A stretch of DNA of 63,439 bases, counting the filler, from Vezdaea acicularis (taxonomy: Eukaryota): the NCBI GenBank assembly GCA_026025075.1. It is 4 parts of 4 records of this genome, joined end to end, with 100 filler letters (N's around TTAATTAATTAA, not from the genome) between each part and the next. Parts side by side here need not be neighbours in the genome. Positions count along the whole stretch, not along the records: positions 1 to 18,173 come from JAPEUI010000206.1; 3 more parts are not named here. The stretch is one strand, 5' to 3'. Shown in pieces: positions 1 through 10,522 of this stretch. How positions within the stretch are numbered: position 1 is the first letter of the stretch; every line of letters begins with the position of its first letter. The notes beneath the pieces are model-generated. The model was not told the DNA's origin. It did no database searches and worked only from the letters and a program-made list of their open reading frames with translations. The position numbers and the translations under genes are program-made.

Positions 1-125
1 CCCTAACCCTAACCCTAACCCTAACCCTAACCCTAACCCTAACCCTAACCCTAACCCTAACCCTAACCCTAACCCTAACCCTAACCCTAACCCTAACCCT
101 AACCCTAACCCTAACCCTAACCCTA
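1..125. repeat. Telomeric repeat (CCCTAA)20 plus a partial unit; chromosome left end
   Basis: Perfect CCCTAA hexamers from base 1, C-rich strand 5', as expected for a left chromosome end. Confidence 0.99.
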
Positions 126-376
126 GAGTCGGTTTCGGGAGTCCGGCACCGGCACACGCCACAACGCGGCTCCAGGCAAGCCCTGAGCATAGGGCTTGTT
201 GGAATAGAGCTAGAAGAGGCATATGCACAGAGCACAAAGTATATTACAAGATATTAAACTTATTGCATTTGGTCATATTGTGATGATATCTTTGAAACTT
301 AATCATTCATAGAAGATAAGCTAACTGACGCCAAACACTTCAATTCACATGAAATAATAACCGTCAACTCATATCA

Positions 377-859
377 TCACCACTCATTTGCTACCATCAT
401 AGCCAAAGCCGGAGATAAATATCTCAACAACTCATCTTGTTGTTCTTGAAAGAATTGACTATATGCTCCATATGCTTGCACCGCCCTTTGCAATTCTCTT
501 CTCCATCTTGCTTTTGTAGCTCGGTCCGGACAACTATTCTCCTCCATTTCATCCTCCAATTGTATGAGCAACACATCTTCAATGTTTTTTTGACGTAGCC
601 GCTTGACAAGCAAGTGTATTGTACGATGTAAATGATGTAAGATGATCTGTGGAGGCATCTTTCTCCAGAACTCTGCCGTGATTGGAGGAGGAACTGAATT
701 CATTAGTATGTAAACCGATAATTGAAAGATATGCATACATTCATAGCCGGCAATAATGTCAGATAACTCCATGTCAAATGAGCCAAGTTGCATTCTAAAG
801 AGATATTAGACTGATTTATGCAGAGCTAGGTCATTTTGCACATACGTCAATTGATCCAT
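377..859 (-). CDS. Small hypothetical protein (~143 aa), 2 exons (859-846, 794-377)
   Basis: ATG GAT CAA TTG AC|GTATGT...TCTAAT...TTTAG|A ATG CAA; the 51-nt intron 795-845 joins in frame to the 138-aa ORF. Confidence 0.65.
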
Positions 860-1167
860 ATGATAGACGGAAAAGATTTATTGAGCAATAGCTTTTATGT
901 CACAATCCTAAAGGTCAGACGTGATAAATCATACGGCAAAAGGATAAAAAGGTTTTTAAAAAGCAGAGAGAAAGATTTGATCTTATATATTCAACTCCTG
1001 ATCACGTGCTGTAGATATGATTTCACGTGATATATGAAAAACTTTCTATTTAATTCCATCACATTTTACGACCAAAACTCTCTTTTAGCTAAAACTTATG
1101 CCTAAGAATATGCGTTAATTCAAATCTATGTTTATATCTACATCTATGTCTTGGTCTATGTCTATGT

Positions 1168-4100
1168 TTATGAAGCATTCTTGCCCTTATACTCCCGGGT
1201 AATCTTACACAAAGCATGCTCAAAGTCAATATTGGAAAATGGACGGCCACAGAAGTTTATCCACTTTTCGTCTCCCAGAACCTTGAATTCCTCCCTCATC
1301 TTATCCAAACCGGTGACCCATTCAGATCTGGAAACATATGGAATAGACACGTTCTGTTCCTTGGTGATGATGTTGAAAGCAACAGTTGAACCAAGCCCTT
1401 CTGTCATCTCGTTACCCCGATCTGATGCTTGACGCTTGATCTTCTCAGCCAGATCAGCTGTTGTTGGGTTTTGACAAAGTCCGTACTCAACCAGATCACA
1501 GATAGTTAACCAAGTGACCATACCATTCAGAGGAAGATTGCGGATCTTGAAATCAGCAATCCAATTCTTGATAGTGCTGAAAGAAGGTTGTTTTTGCTTG
1601 GAGACCCGTAGACTTTTCATCAACTCAGGGATTGAATTCCAGATATGCGTGAATGCTTCCAACTGCTGCTCTTCATTCTTGTATCGGAACTGACCATATG
1701 CCATCACATTGCTCTTGCATTTCTTGTTCCTTAATCTCTTGTCATTTGTCATAGCCTTCCAATCTTCCAGATTCTTCATCTGTGCAATCTTTTTCATTCG
1801 GGACTCTTTGCCAAAGCCATAGAGACGCCAAAGAAAGATACGCCAGTAGAAGGTCTTTTGTTCTTCTTGGGAAAGACTCAAAATGTCTTGGTCAAATGGA
1901 TATACCGTCTGAATGAAGCTCATACTTGGTGCTCGACGTCGGAAGATGATGTACTTATCTCCCGGAGCCCATACACAAGCTGCCTTCTGCATATATAATG
2001 CCAGATGAGGATCATTATATTGGTCCATGATGTGATGTTGACTCTTGCAGTCGGCCCAACGCTTGTAGATATGATCGCGTTCATTCTGAATCTCAAGAAT
2101 CTTCTCCCCCACAATAATACTATGGTAAAGATATCCAATCACTGAACGTTCAAAGTCATTCAGATAATTACCATCAATCAGATCCATGTCTGGCATGAAA
2201 TCAAGAATGAGCCGTATCCGTTCTGTAGATGTTTTGCTGGTTCTGGTCTTGCGTTTAAGTAGACCAGAAATAGCAGGTTTGGCTCGGATAGAAGGTAACT
2301 GATTGACTGATGGTTGATATTCATGGCTGGGAAGATCTCGTTGTCCACGGCTGGAGAGTTTTTGATAAACAAAAGTATATCTCCCATAAGCTTTGACGTG
2401 TTCTTGAATAGACGAAGAAAGAGAACGGAACTCAGGACTGGATAAGGCGGCAATGAAATCCTCAATAGATTCTCTGTTTACTCTATCGGCTTGATTGGAG
2501 AGGAACGCAAATTGAAGCATTTCTGGGATCATATTGAAGCTCCAGGTTGAGAATGAATTGGTGGAATGACAGAAATGTTGTTGCAAAGCCATGAGAAGTG
2601 GAAGACGGGAGACGATGATAAGCTTAGAGCGATTTCTGGTTGCTAGTAGTCGATCCCGATAGATGTTAGTATTAGATCAATAACAACCTAAGTTTTCCAG
2701 AAATCTTTCAACAGGTTTGGAGAAACACATGCCATAGATGACGTTTTCAAGGATAATACCCTTGTTGTAAGATGTGTTTGAAGGAGTTAATCGTCCAGGT
2801 CTAGGTTCCAAGGAAACATCCAGATGTGCTCGAGGGTTATAGGCATTGCCTAGTACCTCTTTTGCAGACACCTCCAAGTTGCTATGAGGATACGTTTTGG
2901 ATTGAGTTTCTTCTTCCCATACCCTAAACTTATCATCAATGACGGTCTGTAATTGCATGGCAAATGAAGCATGCGGAAGAAGAGTTTCTGGATCTTCCCA
3001 AATATTGAGGAACGGATTCTTCATGGCCCCAATGAATTCAATCAGTAAGGTGAGGAAAGCTGATTGAAATCCCAATTTGACAATTTCAGCGGCGTCCGCT
3101 TTTTCTTGAAAGAGATAGAAAGCTTCTGTGTATGCTTGACAAGCCCTGATGCGTTCCACAGGAGTCATATCATCCATTTTCTCTAGAACAGGAACTGACT
3201 CCAGTGATCTAAATCCTTTCTGTAGATTAAGATCAAAAGCAGGACGAGTTTTGATCTCCGCTGTCTTGAGATCAAGTTGATCTTGTTTGAAGCATTCTTG
3301 AAAACAATGAAATAGGGAGTTCAAAGATCCGGTATTGCCTGTTTGATGAACATTAACTGTATCAATGCTGGCAGCGGCAGTAGAATGCACTGGAGAAGCA
3401 AGACGTTCCATGGTGTTGACATTAGAGGACCCAATGGAGATTATATTAGCCAAAGATGAAACTTGATCTTGAAGAAGTTGTGATGAGGATGCTCGTTGAT
3501 GAGTTTGATGTCGTTTACGAGACGGTTGTTCTGTTTCTGATTCTGTTTCATCTTCTGTAGTTTCTGCGGATTGATCTGCAGAGGAACCAGAAGATGAATC
3601 TGAACTCAGAGTTAAGATCTCCTGACGTACAACCTTAGATTGCTTGGAAGAATGCTTCATATCATAAAAAGGTCTCTGTAATGACGATTTAACAGTGTTC
3701 CGAATGTTGATCATACGATCTAGCAATCTTTGCCGGTTCTGCTTGATGGTTTGAAAGTTGTCTTCAGAAAGGAGAAGGGTATTTGGATCTTTGTCTTTCC
3801 ATGTGATAGCACTCAAAAGAGCATTCCGATCCAGTGATAAACCCAGATGTTTGAGACCATAAACCTCATCGCTATATTCATGAATAAGCGTGGCCAAAGT
3901 TCTTTGTCGCCAAGCATTATATGCTTGAATACCCCCAAAACATGAGGAAGCGTGCATCCAGAGACTTCGATTAGGGTTCTCATCAAGCTTCTTACCCATG
4001 AAGTTTATTTTCAGACTACCATCCATTATAACCGCTTTTGGATATGTGATAATGTTGATCCGGGTCTCTTGTTCATAGCCATAGGGAATCTCCGAGATGT

Positions 4101-4260
4101 CCTGATTATCGACACAAAACGGTGTTCCAGTATGCTCTTCTATGCCTTGAAAGACAATGCCATAACCCACAGTCATCCGGATAATGAGATCAAGATTAGG
4201 AAACCAGAACCAGCCAAGATTAGCTGATGGACGAACAGCCGAGCAATTGACATACAAATG
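1168..4260 (-). pseudogene. Disrupted fusion: C-terminal half of a TET/JBP-like 2OG-Fe(II) dioxygenase, a linker, and an aGPT-pyrophosphorylase / amino acid:DNA transferase-like (HhH glycosylase fold) domain
   Basis: ORFs 2677-4314 and 1168-2592 share a frame, with one TGA (2677-2679) between them. Dioxygenase-like motifs: GWFWFPNL, IVFQGIEEHTGTP, TRINIITYP. Transferase-like motifs: GMVTWLTICDLVEYGLCQNPT and DFEHALCKITR. The N-terminal HxD is absent. Confidence 0.6.
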
Positions 4261-4276
4261 TCTGCTTGAGCGCAAT

Positions 4277-4640
4277 TGTAAAACGCCGCAGTGGCTTTCT
4301 CGGTGGCCTGCCAACAGGGCTAGAGTGAGCTAAGCGAGATGAGCGCTGCTTAGGGCCTAGCCCAAGAGCAGCGTTGATCAAGCCTCTTTACTTATATATG
4401 CCAATGGCGCCCCTCCGATGGCTCATCATCGAATAGTTTCATACCCTAGCTAGATCGTACGAGACTTCCTTATATCTATATGACCTCATTATTCTTATAT
4501 CGCTCCATATAATGGGGCAAATATCATTATATCCAAAGTCTATCATTATATCTAGCTCCCGTAGCCCGCGTACACATCGCTAAGCGTATACCTCCTTGCC
4601 GCAGGCAGGACACAGACGTCATACGCCTGCCCTGCTCTCA
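4277..4640. other. Non-coding island of different sequence character that replaces the expected 5' half of the dioxygenase-like gene (possible LTR remnant)
   Basis: Starts TGTAA where recognisable dioxygenase-like sequence stops and ends where the minisatellite begins; no target-site duplication found. Confidence 0.25.
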
Positions 4641-4650
4641 AGAAAGAATC

Positions 4651-5667
4651 CCAGAGAATCATCAGATTGAGAATCGATAAATCCGTAATCGATGACGCAA
4701 AACTGATGCCACAAGACCAGGAGGATCGAAATTGGCAGATTCATCATGGATGACTTGGAATCTATTTCAAAAGGCCAAGAGGGTAAAAATTGACAAGTCA
4801 AAACCAATGCCGGAAGATCCAGAGGGTCAAAACTGGCTGATCAAGACTTGATGTCAAGAGTTGTTGTCTCAAGATTGTTTCCAGAGGATCATCAGATTGA
4901 GAATTAACAAATCCGTGATCGATGACAGGAAACTGATGCCACAAGATCAGGAGGGCCGAAATTGGCAGATTCATGATGGATGACTTGGAATCTATTTTAA
5001 AAGGCCAAGAGGGTAAAAATCGACAAGTCAAAATCAATGCCGGAAGATCAAAAGGGTCGAAACTGGCAGATCCAGAGTTGATGTCAAGAGTTGATGTCTC
5101 GAGATCGATTCCAGAGGATCATCAGATGCCACAAGATCAGGAGGGCCAAAATTGGCAGATTCATGATGGACAACTCGGAATCTATTTCAAAAAGCCAAGA
5201 GGGTAAAAATCGACAAGTCAAAACCAATGCCAGAAGATCAAGAGGGTCGAAACTGGCAGATCAAGAGTTGATGTCTCGAGATCAATTCCAGAGGATCATC
5301 AGATTGAGAATCGACAAATCCATGATGTCTCGAGATCGATTCCAGAGGATCATTAGATTGAGAATTGACAAATCCGTGATCGATGAAGCAAAACTGATGC
5401 CAGAAGACCAGGAGGGCCGGAATTAGCAGATTCATCATGGATAACTTGGAATCAATTTCAAAAGGCCAAGAGGGTAAAAATCGACAAGTCAAAACCAATG
5501 CCGGAAGATCAACAGGGTCGAAACTGACAGATCAAAAGTTGATGTCAAGAGTTGATGTCTCAAGATCGATTCTAGAAGATCATCAGATTGAAAATTGACA
5601 AATCCGTGATCGATGACGCAAAACTGATGCCAGAAGACTAAGAAGGCCAAAATTGGCAGATTCATGA
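4651..5667. repeat. Subtelomeric minisatellite, ~230-bp unit, ~4.5 imperfect copies with internal deletions and duplications
   Basis: The CCAGAGGATCATCAGAT-type start recurs at 4651, 4881, 5111, 5288, 5343 and ~5572; AAAATCGACAAGTCAAAACCAATGCC is repeated. Confidence 0.92.
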
Positions 5668-5759
5668 ACCAATGTTTGGAAACCGCTGCCAGAACATTAA
5701 ATCTATCAAAATTGACAAATTAAAATCCATTCCACAATGATGACCACCCAAAACATCGA

Positions 5760-8700
5760 TCAGTTTTCTCTGGTTCTTTCCAGTTGATTTTTGAATTCCA
5801 AAGCTAGATTTAGCTTGGTGTCTATGCCATATCGCATTGGATTTTTGATTAATCCAGAGTCTTTAGAATGAATGTCACCTTCAGTCAAAAGAAAAAGCTG
5901 ATCTGCTCTCGTCAGTTGTTCATGAATCTCTTGCCAATGTAGATTTGATCCAGTACTAAGATGGCTCTCCTGCTGGACTGATTGCTTCAAAGCTTCAAAT
6001 ATTCCAAAATACAGTGGATTCAGCTGCGGGATAATCCAGTTAGTCCGAGACAATGTTTCCATCTCTTGCAGCATTTCAAAAGTCTTGGACGCATTGTGCT
6101 TTGAAGCTCTTCGTATGACAGAGAGCTTGTCAATATTGTATTGCGGTATGATCCATATCTTTCGGCAAGCATGAAGATTGATCACTTTATCAAAGCTTCT
6201 TGATGTTTTTGGTCCTAGCACATCTTTGACAATATGCCGAAGCCGGCGTTTCCATTCTCGAAATGGGCTGTATTCCCATCCACGTTTTTTGACTGCGCCA
6301 GGCATGTTATCATCTAAACCAAACAGTCCAGCAATGCGGCCAATCCAGGTACCAGTATTGTATTGATCCAAAAGGCTCACATCACGACGGGCGGCTTTTT
6401 TAACTAGGATCAGATACGGCGGCATCTCTAGAAGCTTTGTTAAAAGATCATAGCTGAATCCTTCTAGGCCTTTAGACTGTATTGCATCAAAGCGTTCTTG
6501 GACTATATCTATCCTTGGATCCAGTTCCTTGGAACGTTGACGCAGAATATTAAGGATCTCCAGTTGATAGGATTGAATGATCAGTTCAGCTCCTAGTTGA
6601 AATACCCGTTTGCGCGCATGAGGATCTAAGCTCTCTTTAGGAAAAGCCAGTGACCGCTGCAACCATTCGCGAAAAAGCGCCAACTCTCGATGTTCTTGCT
6701 GAAGAAGATTTTGAATCCTCAAGGTTTGGTTTCTTTGTCTACCAAATCCATTGATTGCTAGTCCTAGTCGAGAAATGATGTCTGGCTTGAACATTGGAAG
6801 ACCTTCCCATAGGATTAAATCTGATGGCAACCAAGCTAAACCAGTCTGTTCTAAACTCTTGCGATAATCTAGCCCTAGACGTGTTGAAACTTCATTTGAT
6901 TCTTCATCGTCATCTAATTCATTTTCATTTTCTTCCAAAAGTGATTTGACTTTCCAATCATGCCACCATATAGATCTTTGCAGCGACTTTTCTAATTGCC
7001 CCAAGTTGGAATGCAATGTTCTGATGATAGCGCTGACCATCACACCATTGATCATCTGTTGCTCTGCAGATGCAGGAGAAAGTCCAACGGGCCCTGGATT
7101 AACTTGACAGATCAATGCTTCTAGACACATCAACCATCAATTGATGTCATATCCAATATATGTATTGACATCTTTGGTTCGGAAGACAAAATAGGGCCGG
7201 TGTTGATGTGGATCATTGCTTGCTGCATCATTTAAAGCAGCATCCAACTGTAGGCGGGAAAAACGTTCAAGAGTCATTCGATATTCTTGCCGTACACCAA
7301 AGCAGGTATCAATGATAGAACATATCGCTTGATTTACCCGTTGTTTAGCATGTTGATATATCTTTAGCAGATGCTGGCGTTTATCTAGATGGGAGGTTTG
7401 CCCTCCCCGATAGCTCAATTCATACCAGCGGTTGAGCAGATCTTGATCATATGCTAATCCTTCCAGCTGCTGATGATCAAATAGAACTAATCCTTTTAAT
7501 GGAGTAGCAAAAAGATCTTTATGAAGGCTATAAGCTTTGTTAAAAGCGATTCCGCCTTTGGCATGCCATTTGTTGGTTGGCAATATTTCAGCACAAGTTG
7601 ACATAATATCGCGAGTTAATGCCCAAGGAAACTCTTGAGTGCGAAGAAGTGATGATCTTTGATCCACAGCTTGAAATTGAATATTCCAGCTAGCACAACA
7701 TTTGGATTTTTGCAAAAGAGTTACTGCTTCATTCTGAAATAGTTCTGGAGTGTCTTCCAGTCCTAAATCTATCCAACATTTTTGTGCAGGCATATACCGT
7801 TCATTGGCATGAAAACATTGTCGGAGATGACGGAAATAATCCTGTCAAACCTGTTGAGGATCAAGCTTCTTGGTAAAGAGCTTTAGATTGTGCCCTTGCA
7901 CAATTAAAAACACCCCTCGAAAAATGGCGAATCTAGGGCTGTTGCATTTCTGCAAGACAAGATTCCAAAAACAATCCAAATACTCCTCAGGAATGCAATA
8001 TCGAAGATCTATTGGCGGTTGCACACCGGTAGGATGCCATTCTTGTTTGGCGGTTGATTTGATTTTAACTTCTGCAAAACTTCGAGGATGATGTTGCAAA
8101 ATATCATTTGGACAACTTTTGCGCAAGGACGGAATGATAATGTTGTCAATCCATTCCTCCTGTTGTATATCTGTCAAATGAGTTCCATCCCGATGAAGAA
8201 CAGGCATATGAGGAAAGAAAACATGGCACTGATAATTGAATCCGGCAGAGGCAAGTCCATGACCTAATCTTTGGTTTTTTAACTGATGCAGGCGTTTTCT
8301 TTGAAATCTAACATAAGGATTTTGCGTCACACGTCGCAAGTATGGAGGCCGATAGGCTAGATCAAATCCATTCCGATGTACGCCTAAACTGGTAACCTCT
8401 GCTATCAAGCTGTCCACATCCCAACGTCGAGATATTTGAAGAGAAGATTCTTGAATGGGGATACCAGACTCTATTTCCGAACAGGAAACATTTAGACTTG
8501 GAGGATTTCCATCTTCCCCCGCTAACAATGCTTTCCAAGCAATGTTCCGATAGTCTCCGTGTCTTCCATCTCTTGGTAACAGATTTTCATAATTTATCGG
8601 AAAGGTATTGGAGTGACTGGGACTGTCTCTTCTTGGCATATGCCTACTCCAATATTGACACATTTCCTTAAATCCCAAGCCTGATTTGTCTGATAAGTTT

Positions 8701-9398
8701 GTTCCTGCATTGCAAGAACAAGTGGTGCTCCAGGATTTTTGCAGTCATTCATCAATCTCATGATCCAATCCTAAAGCATCGTCTGAATTTGTTTCACTCA
8801 ATGTCAAAGATTGAGTGTCTGCAATATCATCGTCTCTTTCCAAGACATCAGTTGCTACACTGGAAGAGATATTTGAGCTGTCCAAAAGCTCTAAAGATTG
8901 TCTGAAGGCATCCAGCTCAAGTCCGGCCTCATCAGCAACATCTAATTGGCCTTGAACAGTTGATGGTTCCTGATTTGATGCAAATGATAGATTGAGAAGT
9001 TCATTGGATTCTGAATTAAGTCCATCTAAAGTAGTTGAATGATAATCTAGTAGAATATTTAAGTTAATATCGGATTCTTCATGTGCTTCTGCCGGCAAAA
9101 GAGGATGATCTGTTTCTGGATTAGACTTAACATCAAGTTGGGCATCAGCAAAAAGATTGACAAGTCCATCGAAAGGCTCATTCTGTTCGCTTGCAGCATG
9201 CAAAACTGGTGAGGAAATTGATGGAGCCAAAACAGCTGGAATAGATGATGACGTGGATTCTGGTAAGACGCTCAGTGATGTTGATGAATAGGACTGATTC
9301 AAGGATCTAAGTTGATAACGGTTTTGCCGTGCTTGTTGAGCCTGCAGCTTTTCTGCTGGAGTCTTTGCTTTTCGCCCCATGATTTTGATGGGAGGCAT
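5760..9398 (-). pseudogene. ~1,210-codon uncharacterised fungal protein interrupted by three in-frame TGA codons
   Basis: ORFs 8745-9401, 7845-8678, 7137-7793 and 5760-7133 share one frame. Hand translation of the gaps shows only TGA at 8745-8747, 7845-7847 and 7137-7139. Conserved-looking motifs: WDVDS, HVFFPHM, WIDLGLE, KAYSLHK, FGVRQEYR. Confidence 0.75.
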
Positions 9399-9492
9399 CA
9401 AACGCTATGGCGGATGCGTTGATATTTATTAAAATGGTAGGAAGGCCACCTATGGCTTGTAGTGGCGTGTCTATAATGACCAATCATAAGTA

Positions 9493-9797
9493 GAATAAAC
9501 CGTCAAGCGTGATATGAAAACTTCCTATTCCATTTTTATTAGGTCCGGTTTAATGGAACTAACCAATTGCTGATTGATTCAGCTTAAGCGAGATTAACAC
9601 AAGCAATTTTCATACATGCGCGATTTTTTTTTATCCAATGATTCAATGACACGGCAGGATATTAGAAGTTGTATGGTCGCTACCATAGATAGAGCACACT
9701 AAAAATTGAAGTGTAACCAATCAGATGAGGAATAAACCGTCAAGCGCCGTTTGTCCTTGACGCCAAGCGAAACGAAAGCGCGCTTGACGGTTTATTC
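9493..9797. repeat. GAATAAACCGTCAAGCG motif: direct copies at 9493 and 9730, inverted copy at 9780-9797 (18-bp perfect inverted repeat, 32-bp spacer)
   Basis: 9730-9747 GAATAAACCGTCAAGCGC is the exact reverse complement of 9780-9797 GCGCTTGACGGTTTATTC. Confidence 0.9.
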
Positions 9798-10522
9798 ATT
9801 GCTTAATAGGCTGCGTTGCATTAGAGGCGCATACTAATGCTCGCTTATGCCCAAATAACCAATTAGCATCTATGCCATCCCTCCACTACAACCACGCCAT
9901 CCCGGTACGCAACCATCTTCTAGGCCGTCTGGCTGCTGGAAGAAATTTCCATAATCCTAATCGTGTCACATCATCAATATTTAACGCCAACGTGGGCACT
10001 GACGCAGTCACCAATGCCTGAACTACGCGCAAATGAACTTTTTCAAGCGTTTAGGCTCAACTTTTGATCTTATTGCCAGTTCTATGCAGCAAGTCGCTCC
10101 TCGCCTTCTTTATTACGTAAATATTCGTCGAATTATGCGTCTTATAAGCAAATGTTTTCGTCTTGCCCTGACTCTTAACCCTACGCAGCGAACAGGTTTT
10201 CTCAAAGATGCGTTATTTTACACGCCCAGTCTCACGCTCACACTGGTGCTTATCTGCTGATGTGATTCATGTTCTCACAATGCACTTCAAGGGTAGACTT
10301 CGGTCTACTATTTGGGAGAAAAGAGGTGATCTCGAGGGTTAGGTTTAAGGTTTTCAATGAGTCAAAGTTCATCGTATAATGACGTTTCTCTAGTTGAATA
10401 ATCATCTAAAGGGTTTAAATTTTAACTTCCCCACTACAAAATCATGTTTTCATGTTTAGCACAAGGGCCATGATACGTATGATTATTATTCTTCCTCTGC
10501 ATACCGCATATGTTAGACCCTA

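Noticed and set aside
171..213. Helitron 3' end (hairpin followed by CTAG)
   Set aside because: The orientation would place the element inside the telomere, the next base is not T, and no Rep-helicase is present
4619..5498. Short ORFs within the minisatellite
   Set aside because: The unit length of 230 is not a multiple of 3 and the frames differ between copies
2677..8747. Alternative genetic code or selenocysteine recoding of the in-frame TGA codons
   Set aside because: TGG is used for Trp throughout these frames, TGA terminates ordinary genes in the window, and the adjacent repeats show the same CG>TG changes; mutation is the simpler explanation
126..9850. Telomere-linked RecQ helicase or telomeric retrotransposon
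   Set aside because: No Walker A/DEAH or reverse-transcriptase YxDD motifs in the long ORF translations
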